A model generated the notes under the pieces. The model was given only the letters and a program-made list of their open reading frames with translations. It was not told the DNA's origin and ran no database searches. A DNA stretch of 64,000 nt from an uncultured Methanolobus sp. (GTDB lineage: Archaea; Halobacteriota; Methanosarcinia; Methanosarcinales; Methanosarcinaceae), in contig OY776215.1 of NCBI GenBank assembly GCA_963675495.1, forward strand, positions 2,720,001 to 2,784,000, read 5' to 3'. Positions 33,172-42,638 of this stretch are shown piece by piece; within the stretch, counting starts at the first letter, position 1, and each line of letters starts with the position of its first letter. The translations under genes were made by a program, and so were the position numbers.

Positions 33172-33584
33172 CAACCTTAATAACAAAAACAGTAACAAAG
33201 ATATGTTTGCCTTTGGTCATATTATTTTCAATATCCCTCTTACTTGCAGGACATAACAATCCAGGGGGAGGATTCATAGGCGGTGTTATGTTTGCTTCAG
33301 TGATTGCACTGACATATGTGGCATACGGTCTGGACTACATCAAGTCATTCTTCGATCCTGATTGGGATAACTGGTTTGGATTCGGCTTATTACTGGCTTC
33401 GGTTACAGCATTTGCAGCAATTGCATTCTCACACAACTTCTTCAGAAGTGCTGTAGAATTTATCCACCTGCCATTTTTTGGTGAGGTGGAACTGGTATCT
33501 GCCGGATTGTTCGATATCGGAGTATACTTTGTGGTAATTGGTGGACTGCTTTCCGTTTTCAAAAACGTAGGTGACGATAAATGA
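33168..33584 (+). CDS. mrpB: Mrp subunit B
   Basis: GHNNPGGGFIGG and FDIGVY motifs. Confidence 0.93.
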   Translation: MTTLITKTVTKICLPLVILFSISLLLAGHNNPGGGFIGGVMFASVIALTYVAYGLDYIKSFFDPDWDNWFGFGLLLASVTAFAAIAFSHNFFRSAVEFIHLPFFGEVELVSAGLFDIGVYFVVIGGLLSVFKNVGDDK

Positions 33585-34009
33585 ACAACACACTGCTTTC
33601 TCTCACCATAGCTATACTGTTCGGTATCGGTACATTTCTTATCCTGCGCCGTGACATTGTCAGGGTGATAATTGGACTTGGTGTACTTTCGCATGCTGTA
33701 AACCTCCTGATCGTTTCAACCGGGGTTTTCGCAGGAACAAAAGTACCAATCATTACAGATGACGGTGGGCACGGAGCTGCCGAAGCAACAGGAACTATAT
33801 TTACGGACACATTGTCCCAGGGTATTTTTGCACCTGTACTTGCTGCAGGCAATCATGTGGACTTCGTGGACCCGCTGGTACAGGCACTGGTACTTACAGC
33901 CATTGTCATAAGTCTTGCAACGACTGCATTCATATTGATACTTGCATATCGTATCTACGAGGAATATGGGACAACTGATATCAACGAACTCCGGAGGCTC
34001 TGGGGATGA
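33581..34009 (+). CDS. mrpC: Mrp subunit C
   Basis: DPLVQALVLTAIVI motif. Confidence 0.93.
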   Translation: MNNTLLSLTIAILFGIGTFLILRRDIVRVIIGLGVLSHAVNLLIVSTGVFAGTKVPIITDDGGHGAAEATGTIFTDTLSQGIFAPVLAAGNHVDFVDPLVQALVLTAIVISLATTAFILILAYRIYEEYGTTDINELRRLWG

Positions 34010-35547
34010 TATCACTGGATACTCACTTACCCATCATACTGATAGCCACGCCAATACTGATGGCGTCGCTCATGGTGTTTTTGAGGAAACAATCAGGGAT
34101 CCAGAAGATTCTGAGCGTTTCAGTTTCATTTTTAATGTTCATAGTGAGCATTCTCCTGCTCCTGCAGGTCTGGTCTGGTGGCATACAGGCATATGAAGTA
34201 GGAGAATGGGGAAAATACGGTATCATACTGGTAGCAGACCTGCTCAGCTCCGGTATGGTTGTACTGACATCTTTCGTATCATTCCTGGCACTCGTTTACT
34301 CACTTGATTATATTGAGAAAAAGTCACTAAGTGCATCATATTATCCGCTTTTCAGTTTGCTGGTGGCAGGACTTAATGGTTCTTTCCTTACAGGGGACAT
34401 ATTCAATCTCTTCGTATTCTTTGAGATACTCCTGCTTTCTTCATGCGGACTTGTAATCGCCAATGAGAAAGGTGGAGTTACAAAAAGCTCGGACAAGATG
34501 GAAGCAACCTTCAAGTATCTTGTACTTAACATGGTCAGTTCCATTGTAATGCTCATAGCAGTCGCTTCCCTTTATGCGACAACGGGCACACTGAACATGG
34601 CAGATATCTCTGTGAAGCTCAGTGCAATGAGCGCGGCCGGAACACTTCCTTGGCATGTTTTTGCCATAGCATTGATGTTTGTGGTGGTATTTGGTAACAA
34701 GGCTGCAATATTTCCACTTCACTACTGGCTTCCTGATGTTCACCCCACAGCACCATCACCCATAAGCGCAATGCTTAGTGGTGTATTGATAAAGGTCGGA
34801 GCCTACGGAATGCTCAGGGTCTTTTTCCTTATATTCATCGATACGCTCTACATTTTCAAACCTGTGATGATCTATCTTGCACTTGCTACCATTGTAGTTG
34901 GAGCCATATCAGCCGTTGCACAGACAGATGTCAAGCGCCTGCTGGCATATTCCAGTGTCAGTCAGATAGGTTATGTATTCCTTGGAATTGGTTTTGGTAG
35001 TGTCTACGGGATTACAGCAGCTCTTGTGTATCTTGTGAACCATGCAATTGCAAAGTCAATGTTGTTCCTTACTTCAGGGGGCATAATTCATCATGCAGGC
35101 ACAAGGGACATGAGAAAAATGGGAGGCATGGTCGATAGTGCCCCACTCATGTCAATGATGTTCCTTATAGGTGCAATGTCCATTGCAGGACTTCCTCCAA
35201 TGGGTGGATTCATAGCTAAATTCCAATTGTTTGATGCAGGAATCAGTGAGGGATATTACTTTGAAATTGCAATAGCACTTATATTTGCAGTACTCACTCT
35301 TTTTTACATGTTCAGAGCAATGCTGCTTATGTTCTGGGGTGAAAAGAGGGATGTTAGTGAATATGGGGAATATTCCACACATGGTGCATCTCCATTGATC
35401 GCTCTGCCGATAATCGTTCTTGCACTTGGGGTTGTTGTCTTCGGACTGTACGCAGAACCGCTGATAGCCTTTGCAAGCGCAACAGCAAATCAGATACTTG
35501 ATCCGCAGGCCTATATTGATGCTGTAATGACGAGGGTGGTAAGATGA
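34006..35547 (+). CDS. mrpD: Mrp subunit D
   Basis: GDIFNLFVFFE, WLPDVHPTAP and KRLLAYSS motifs. Confidence 0.94.
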   Translation: MISLDTHLPIILIATPILMASLMVFLRKQSGIQKILSVSVSFLMFIVSILLLLQVWSGGIQAYEVGEWGKYGIILVADLLSSGMVVLTSFVSFLALVYSLDYIEKKSLSASYYPLFSLLVAGLNGSFLTGDIFNLFVFFEILLLSSCGLVIANEKGGVTKSSDKMEATFKYLVLNMVSSIVMLIAVASLYATTGTLNMADISVKLSAMSAAGTLPWHVFAIALMFVVVFGNKAAIFPLHYWLPDVHPTAPSPISAMLSGVLIKVGAYGMLRVFFLIFIDTLYIFKPVMIYLALATIVVGAISAVAQTDVKRLLAYSSVSQIGYVFLGIGFGSVYGITAALVYLVNHAIAKSMLFLTSGGIIHHAGTRDMRKMGGMVDSAPLMSMMFLIGAMSIAGLPPMGGFIAKFQLFDAGISEGYYFEIAIALIFAVLTLFYMFRAMLLMFWGEKRDVSEYGEYSTHGASPLIALPIIVLALGVVVFGLYAEPLIAFASATANQILDPQAYIDAVMTRVVR

Positions 35548-36038
35548 AAAGATACATCGCCTATTCAATTGTACTTGGTCTTGTATGGTGTTTTGTTCAT
35601 GGTACTGTAAGTGTTAATAATTTCGTACTGGGAGTGATAATCGCACCATTCATAATTAGACCATTCAAACCCCTGTTCAATTTTGATACGGATTTTTCCT
35701 TTGGTAAGGCCATACGGAAGATTCCGGCACAGGCTAAATATATGTATGTGCTTATCAAGGAGATACTAAAGGCAAACATCATGGTTGCAAAAATAGTGCT
35801 TCAGCCAAAGATCAACATAAAACCGGGAATTATTGCGGTTCCAATAGATGCTAAGACAGATGTTGGGATAACAGCTATTGCAAACACAATTACTCTTACA
35901 CCAGGTACGTTGACAATTGATGTGTCTGATGACAGGTCCATTCTGTATGTTCACGCAATAGATGCAACAGATCCCGAAGCTGTAGCCCAATCCATACGGG
36001 ATGATCTGGAAAAATACGTATTGGAGGCATTCGAATGA
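35544..36038 (+). CDS. mrpE: Mrp subunit E
   Basis: ANTITLTPGTLT motif. Confidence 0.93.
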   Translation: MKRYIAYSIVLGLVWCFVHGTVSVNNFVLGVIIAPFIIRPFKPLFNFDTDFSFGKAIRKIPAQAKYMYVLIKEILKANIMVAKIVLQPKINIKPGIIAVPIDAKTDVGITAIANTITLTPGTLTIDVSDDRSILYVHAIDATDPEAVAQSIRDDLEKYVLEAFE

Positions 36039-36301
36039 ACTCAATGTTACTTGAATATTCACTGATTTTCATGGTAATTACCATTATACCCTGCATATAC
36101 AGGGTTATCAAAGGACCAACTATTCCTGACAGGGTAGTGGCTCTTGACGCAATGACAACAGTAATTGTGGTGATGCTTGGTATTTACTCGTTTGTAAAAG
36201 GGTCCGCTTTCTTTATGGATGTGGCACTTGTTCTTGCCATCATATCCTTTGTAGGCACAGTTACAGTTGCAAAGTATCTTGATGAAGGGGTGGTATTTTG
36301 A
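36035..36301 (+). CDS. mrpF: Mrp subunit F
   Basis: GPTIPDRVVALD motif. Confidence 0.93.
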   Translation: MNSMLLEYSLIFMVITIIPCIYRVIKGPTIPDRVVALDAMTTVIVVMLGIYSFVKGSAFFMDVALVLAIISFVGTVTVAKYLDEGVVF

Positions 36302-36669
36302 GCACAATCTCAATGGTCCTGGAAATACTGAGCAATGTTGTCCTGGTGATCGGTTTATTCTTTGTGTTCTTGGCAATGCTTGGACTTGCACGGCTTCCTG
36401 ATGTATATAACAGGTTGCATGCGACCACAAAGATAGGAACTCTTGGCGCTTTCGGAGTTATGCTTAGTATACTGCTGAAGGTGGGTTTTTCTCCCATAGG
36501 TGTAAAGGCAATTACGGTCGCTCTTTTCATCCTGGTGACCTCACCCATAGCTGCCCACATGATAAGTCGGGCAGCACATCGTCATGGGGTAGGTCTCTGC
36601 AAGGAATCTATAATTGATGAATATGGAAAAGCATGTTCGTCTGCATGTTCGATAAATGAGGATGAGTGA
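36298..36669 (+). CDS. mrpG: Mrp subunit G
   Basis: RLPDVYNRLHATTK and PIAAHMISRAA motifs. Confidence 0.93.
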   Translation: MSTISMVLEILSNVVLVIGLFFVFLAMLGLARLPDVYNRLHATTKIGTLGAFGVMLSILLKVGFSPIGVKAITVALFILVTSPIAAHMISRAAHRHGVGLCKESIIDEYGKACSSACSINEDE

Positions 36670-36759
36670 ATACAGTTAACAAGTTCTGGTGTAATGCCAG
36701 AGCAATCCTCTTTTGAGCTGACATTTAGTGCATATGTCCCATATATATATTTTTCCACA

Positions 36760-36855
36760 AAAACCGAATTCTACTCTCCTGTTATTAAGCGTGAGCGGGC
36801 TGGGGAGTGGGGGTTAGTGTGGGAGTGGGGTTAAAAAAACAGACCCGCTCACAGC
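36760..36855 (-). ncRNA. Candidate sRNA with GC-rich stem and C-rich loop
   Basis: GTGAGCGGG(36791-99)/CCCGCTCAC(36844-52) stem enclosing two CCCCACTCCC copies; CTTATATA box at 36883-36876; 3' end approximate. Confidence 0.45.
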
Positions 36856-37101
36856 GTGTGTAGATGGAAGTATCCTATATAAGTATTGCTGTCTTATGAG
36901 GACACAGCCTAAGTATATGTCACAATAGGATAAAATACACGATCTGATGTCATAATTGTCATCTTAAATTTATAATGGTTCTGTTATAGTTCAACAAAAA
37001 AACTTATGAGCATTATCGTCCAATATGGCAGCAGTCTATTTAATTGTCTATGGTTAAATCATTTTGAAAACAAAGTCAATTTTTTAATATAATGCCGAAC
37101 T

Positions 37102-38154
37102 ATGAAAAAGAACACAAGAGTATTCCATATAAGTGATAAAACTCATGAGGTCCAAGTGCGTGAGGCAGCCAGTATATTAAGAGCAGGTGGAACTGTTGCT
37201 TTTCCTACTGAAACAGTCTATGGGCTTGGGGCAGATGCACTTAACGAACAGGCTGTAATGCAAATATTTGAAGCAAAAGGCAGACCTGCTGACAACCCTC
37301 TCATAGTTCATGTGGATTCAAAAGAAAGTTGTTTGAAACTTGTCAGAACTGTCCCTGACAAAGCATCAATTCTTATGGAAGTATTCTGGCCTGGTCCCTT
37401 GACTCTTATAATGGAAAGAAAGGAAATAGTTCCTGATGTAACAACAGGAGGTTTGGACACTGTTGCTGTCAGGATTCCTGAAAATAAGATTGCTCTTGAA
37501 CTAATAAAATATGCAGGAATGCCCATAGCTGCACCAAGTGCAAACCTTTCAGGAAAACCAAGTCCCACAACAGCAGAACATGTTTTGTCTGATCTGTCTG
37601 GAAGGATAGATGCACTTATAGATGGGGGAGAAGTTTTCATTGGAGTTGAATCAACCGTCATTGATATGACCTCCGAGATCCCTGCGATACTAAGACCTGG
37701 AAAAATAAGCAAGGAAGAGCTTGAAAAACACATTGGGGAAGTGAAAGTTGCCTATGATGACAAAGTGCATCCGGAAAGTGAAACGGTTCGCTCTCCTGGA
37801 ATGAAATATACACATTATTCTCCGAAGTCAGGTGTTATCCTGGTTGAAGGGAAACATGATGATGTAGTTCCCCGAATAAAAGAACTAATTGATGATTTTA
37901 GTCTGAGGAATGCAAAAACAGGCTTGCTTCTTACAGAAGAATCCAAAAGTGAATTTCCTGCGCATCTGTCATATTCCATGGGTATGAAAGACAAGCCGGA
38001 ACAGGCCGCAAAGCATCTGTTTTTTGGACTCAGGTATCTCGATGAAAGAGACATAGATGTAATAATAGTTGATGGTTCTTTTACCTCCGGTGGAATAGGA
38101 ATGGCTGTTTTTAACAGAGTTCGCAAGGCTGCGGATATGATAATTAAAGTGTAG
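37102..38154 (+). CDS. sua5: Threonylcarbamoyl-AMP synthase (Sua5)
   Basis: FPTETVYGLG, KGRPADNPLIVH, AAPSANLSG and SPGMKYTHYSP motifs. Confidence 0.95.
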   Translation: MKKNTRVFHISDKTHEVQVREAASILRAGGTVAFPTETVYGLGADALNEQAVMQIFEAKGRPADNPLIVHVDSKESCLKLVRTVPDKASILMEVFWPGPLTLIMERKEIVPDVTTGGLDTVAVRIPENKIALELIKYAGMPIAAPSANLSGKPSPTTAEHVLSDLSGRIDALIDGGEVFIGVESTVIDMTSEIPAILRPGKISKEELEKHIGEVKVAYDDKVHPESETVRSPGMKYTHYSPKSGVILVEGKHDDVVPRIKELIDDFSLRNAKTGLLLTEESKSEFPAHLSYSMGMKDKPEQAAKHLFFGLRYLDERDIDVIIVDGSFTSGGIGMAVFNRVRKAADMIIKV

Positions 38155-38161
38155 TGGTTCT

Positions 38162-38389
38162 ATGAATAAGGAAAAGAAGTATAACATGAATAAAAAGCAG
38201 AAGTATATTGGTATAATCCTGCGTAATCGAAAGTTGCTTAAGATCAATGTACTGATCCTCAGTGTCGGTCTTGGATTATCAATTCTTGGACGTGATAATA
38301 TAGGCGAACCAATAATATGGCTGGGCATAATAATATTTGGATACACCACGGTTACCGGCTTTATGGCCAAGAAACAACTGAAACAATGA
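38162..38389 (+). CDS. Small 2-TM membrane protein
   Basis: Basic N-terminus and two hydrophobic helices. Confidence 0.55.
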   Translation: MNKEKKYNMNKKQKYIGIILRNRKLLKINVLILSVGLGLSILGRDNIGEPIIWLGIIIFGYTTVTGFMAKKQLKQ

Positions 38390-38968
38390 TAACAAATATC
38401 AATTTTCAGTTATGATACATACTAAACAATGTTTCGCACAATAGTTTCTCTAGTGTTTATTTTCTTTAAAGACCAAGTATGGTATGGTGGCAGTACTTTA
38501 TCTCTATTAGTCTAGGATTTTGAGAGATATTTGTTCTTAGTACCACTGCTATCAGGTACCACCAAACAATAAGCAAAGAAGAGATAAGAGACAGGTCTGT
38601 TTTTTCTTACCTGTCTTTTTACTTTTTCATATTGATGGTGACTTATGAATTTCTTTATTGTTCAATATTACTGTTTTACTCTTATTTTTAAGATTATATT
38701 TATCCTTGCAGGTTAGATATAAAATAGTTTTCTACATTTTGAGTCTGAAATCTTGCAAAATTAATATTCAGTATAGTATTTACTTACAAGAAAGTTCTAT
38801 AATCAAGATTTTTAATTACTTCTATGATATTGAGCTGAATTTTGATGAAAAAATAATTAGCATTAAAAGCTGTCTAACAAGGACTCATTCTCGTAAAAGT
38901 AACTATAATTAAGAACAATAATACTAAACATTTTTTCCAACGTTAATTCTGTATTTTTGATTCTTATC

Positions 38969-39124
38969 TTTATATAAGATTCTAATTCATAATATTTTAT
39001 GGGGTTGTCAAAGGGTTATTTTCCCGGACAGCTTAATCCGGTATCATTAGCAGTCCTTGCTTAGACACAGTCTTGTTCGTGGTACCCAACTTAAAAGTAG
39101 TTATATAATAGGAGGATAGGAAAT
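38969..39124 (+). promoter_or_regulatory. TATA box and structured ~125-nt leader of the dockerin gene
   Basis: TTTATATAA at 38969; GGTTGTC..GGG/CCC..GACAGC hairpin near 39003; AGGAGG RBS. Confidence 0.5.
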
Positions 39125-42100
39125 ATGGAGTTAAAAAGCCGGCACAAGCTATTAGTTGTCGCGATTGCCATCCTAATAAGTATGGCAATGGTACAGTCCG
39201 CTTTTGCTGCAGATGTGAATACGATCAGGTTGTATGGTGAAGATAATGTTTCAACACTAAACTTCCCATATACGACGGCTGAAGGACCATTTGATCCACT
39301 AAGTTATGAGGCACCTATTAAGGACTTCATGACATTCAATCCAGCAATTTTGGATGACGGTATTGTGGTCAACCATGCTAACGCTTATGAGAAAGTGTTT
39401 GCAAGGCAATATTTTGTTCCAAACTATAAGGAACCAACAGGCCGTGTGTGGCTTGATGAAGGTGACTTCGTCAGGTACTCAAACGACATTGTTACTGAAT
39501 ACACCTATATGTTTGTTAGCAAAGTAGATCAGCTGCCAATTGAAGGAACCGCAATGGATCCCCAAAACAGTGCATACTGGACCAAGTTCTGGTTCCCAAT
39601 AGCCGATAACGACGATTCACAGATCGGCCTTGACGGTATGGATGCCAATGGAGATGGCATAGATGACATGGTGCATCTGGAAGCAGTCGGGGACTTTGAT
39701 GTTCTGGACAACAATGGCGATGGATATAAGGATGTAAAGATCGCAACGGATTCATTCCAGCTAAGCACATCTGATGCAAGCATGAATACTCTACAGTTCC
39801 TTGACCACATGGTGGTAGTCAAGGATGTAGCAGTCAGTGGCCTTAACGGAAATCCACTTATTACCATAGTTATGGATGTATACTACACAGGTAATGATGA
39901 TCCTGAACTCATACACCAGAACTATCAGGCAAGCATCGTACCAGGTGACTACTTGGTTGCAGGCAGACATGTTGTTGCAGACAGCATGGAACCGGACTTT
40001 GATTATTCATGGTTCTTGAGAGCAGATGCTGCAAGTACTAACTATGTTTACGTAACTGTAGGACGTAGACTCTACCAGGGAGAGACTTTCTTTGTAGATG
40101 GTGCAGAATATGATGTAGCCGCTATCTTTGGAAGTGTCGATGAAGGTGACTGGAGATATGATAATACTGTCAAGTACATAACTATCAGAAACCCAATACC
40201 AGAAGATTATGATGTTGACCTTGGAGATCTTACGGTAGTTAAGGAAAGTGTAAGGGCAAATGAGCTTATTCCAATGCTTCCGCCTTTCAACAAGGACTAC
40301 ACAATGATCGATGATATTGATCTTCCATATCAGTACACAAAACTTGGTCCAGAGGACTACAAGCACACATACACTTGCTATGATGCAGATTTCACATATC
40401 CATTAGTAGGACGCATGCTTGATGCAGAAGCTATGGAGATCTACTTCGTAGATGAAGGATATGAAGAGAGATTTGATACGAACCTGCTGGAAATACTCGA
40501 TGAACATGAAAGATATGAAGATGAAACATATGAAGACTGGCAGTGGCTTGACATTCTGACACTTCCACATCAATACAAGGAATTTGTCTATCCGGAACGT
40601 CCGGATGTTGATGGAAGCTATGCAGACTTCATTTTCACAAGTTCCTTCGAGGCACCATACACAAGGTTCTGTCAGAACCCAAGCTACACCTGCTGGTCAA
40701 TGGAAGGTCTTGACAAGAGACTGATGTTCGAATATGATCAGGAACGTGGTATCGAAGATATCTATGTGAATGAGATCGATGCACAGACCAATGGACTGAG
40801 GCTATATGGTGGATCTGCAGATGTTCCTGACCTGATGGATGCTACATTCCCATATTCAGCAGACAATCCAGAGGGACCATTTGACCCATTGAACGATGAA
40901 GCTCCGCAGATGGACTTCGTAACAATGAACCCTTCACTTCTTACAGGTACCGTTGTCAACAACGCCAATGCCTATGAGAAGGTATTCATCAGACAGTGGT
41001 TCGATCCTGACTACCATGAGCCTGCAGGTGATGTCTGGCTTGATGAGTCATATGATTACGACAGAGTATCTGATGACGTAGTTACTGAGTACACTTACAT
41101 GCTCCTCAGCAAGGATGAATATGGGTACTACATGCCAATTGAAGGTACTGCACTTGACCCACAGGATGCAGATTTCATACTCGATCATGTCGCAACCGGT
41201 GCACACTGGACTAAGTTCTGGTTCCCTGTCGCTGACAATGATGATGCCCAGATAGGTATCGATGGTATGGATGTCAATGGTGATGGCCTTGATGATATGA
41301 CCGTTCTCAAATCAGTTGCTGACTTTAATGATGATGGTCGTGCAGATATAGCAATTTCATCAGAATCATTCCAACTCCAGACCGGAGTACAGAATGCAAA
41401 TGGCAATTCCGACATACAATTCCTTGATCACAGGGTAGTTGTAAAGGACGTTGCTCTTGCCGGTGCAAACTCAAACCCATTGATCTCACTGACAATGGAT
41501 ATCTACTACACTGGTAATGATGAGGATGAGCTTATCGAGCAGAACTATCAGGCAAGCATAGTTCCAGGAGGAGCGGTCTGCGCAGGAAGACACTTCGCAA
41601 TTGTCAACCATCCAGGAATCTTTGATTACCCATGGTTCATTACTGCTGATGCAGCAAGTGATAATTACGTCTACGTAACAGTCGGACGTATACTGCACAC
41701 CGGAGAGACCTTCTTCGTAGATGGAGCAGAATACGATGTTGCTATGATATATGGCAGTACCTTTGAAGATGGAGATGATGGTGGCGTAAACTCCACAGTT
41801 GTCAACACTTTCAAGTACATAACCATCAGAAACCCAATACCTGAAGAGAATGAGGTTGATCTTGGAGACCTGACAATAGTCAAGGAACCAGTACAGCCAA
41901 TGGAAACTATTCCACTGCTTCCACCATTCAATGGTGACTACAGGTTCATTGATGACATAGATGTCGATCTATATGATGCATACGAGACATGTTATTACGA
42001 TGACGATACACCTATCGGAAGTCGTATTTCACCGGTGCATCCAGCACTTGATATCTACTACACAACTGCACCTGAGGTAGAGGACAGATTCCACAGCAAC

Positions 42101-42613
42101 ATCTTTGAGCTACTCTGTGAGGGTACTGTTCTTGCAGCAGCAGATGAGATCGATCAGTATCCTGTTTGGGAATCCTGGAAGTGGCTACACATCCGCACAC
42201 TCCCTGACGAGTACAAGGAATTTGTCTATCCGGATGTATGGGACTACTATGGACTTGGTGACTATCTGGTTACCAGCTCATTCACTGCTCCAAACTCGGA
42301 ACTTTGCTATGAGGACTTCAAGGAGGAATACCGCAGTTCAGATGTCCAGAGACTCATGTTCTACCATGACCCTGCAAACGGTGTTGGTCTGTACATGAAC
42401 CAGGCAGATGGTGTAGTGTTCACAGGTGCTGATGGAACAAAGGGCGATTTCAACGATGATGGAGTCATTGATCTGAAGGACCTCTCAGCCTTTGCACTGG
42501 CCTATAATTCAAGTTCAAGCGATGCAAACTATGATGCATGTGCTGACTTCAATGACGATGGACTGGTTGACCTGAAAGATCTCTCTGCCTTTGCACTTGT
42601 GTACAACAAGTGA
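39125..42613 (+). CDS. Large secreted acidic protein with two ~524-aa tandem repeats and a C-terminal dockerin
   Basis: Signal peptide; repeats start at 39221 (TIRLYG) and 40793 (GLRLYG); duplicated GDFNDDGVIDLKDLSAF/ADFNDDGLVDLKDLSAF. Confidence 0.85.
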   Translation: MELKSRHKLLVVAIAILISMAMVQSAFAADVNTIRLYGEDNVSTLNFPYTTAEGPFDPLSYEAPIKDFMTFNPAILDDGIVVNHANAYEKVFARQYFVPNYKEPTGRVWLDEGDFVRYSNDIVTEYTYMFVSKVDQLPIEGTAMDPQNSAYWTKFWFPIADNDDSQIGLDGMDANGDGIDDMVHLEAVGDFDVLDNNGDGYKDVKIATDSFQLSTSDASMNTLQFLDHMVVVKDVAVSGLNGNPLITIVMDVYYTGNDDPELIHQNYQASIVPGDYLVAGRHVVADSMEPDFDYSWFLRADAASTNYVYVTVGRRLYQGETFFVDGAEYDVAAIFGSVDEGDWRYDNTVKYITIRNPIPEDYDVDLGDLTVVKESVRANELIPMLPPFNKDYTMIDDIDLPYQYTKLGPEDYKHTYTCYDADFTYPLVGRMLDAEAMEIYFVDEGYEERFDTNLLEILDEHERYEDETYEDWQWLDILTLPHQYKEFVYPERPDVDGSYADFIFTSSFEAPYTRFCQNPSYTCWSMEGLDKRLMFEYDQERGIEDIYVNEIDAQTNGLRLYGGSADVPDLMDATFPYSADNPEGPFDPLNDEAPQMDFVTMNPSLLTGTVVNNANAYEKVFIRQWFDPDYHEPAGDVWLDESYDYDRVSDDVVTEYTYMLLSKDEYGYYMPIEGTALDPQDADFILDHVATGAHWTKFWFPVADNDDAQIGIDGMDVNGDGLDDMTVLKSVADFNDDGRADIAISSESFQLQTGVQNANGNSDIQFLDHRVVVKDVALAGANSNPLISLTMDIYYTGNDEDELIEQNYQASIVPGGAVCAGRHFAIVNHPGIFDYPWFITADAASDNYVYVTVGRILHTGETFFVDGAEYDVAMIYGSTFEDGDDGGVNSTVVNTFKYITIRNPIPEENEVDLGDLTIVKEPVQPMETIPLLPPFNGDYRFIDDIDVDLYDAYETCYYDDDTPIGSRISPVHPALDIYYTTAPEVEDRFHSNIFELLCEGTVLAAADEIDQYPVWESWKWLHIRTLPDEYKEFVYPDVWDYYGLGDYLVTSSFTAPNSELCYEDFKEEYRSSDVQRLMFYHDPANGVGLYMNQADGVVFTGADGTKGDFNDDGVIDLKDLSAFALAYNSSSSDANYDACADFNDDGLVDLKDLSAFALVYNK

Positions 42614-42638
42614 AAAGAGGCGCTTAGAAGGTGAAAAC

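Noticed and set aside
4341-38154. Pyrrolysine readthrough at other TAG stops (DUF89 gene, tfe, sua5)
   Set aside because: Readthrough hits another stop within a few codons and is out of frame with the next gene
38658-38912. 84-aa ORF upstream of the dockerin gene
   Set aside because: TTG start without RBS, AT-rich low-complexity composition; more likely promoter DNA
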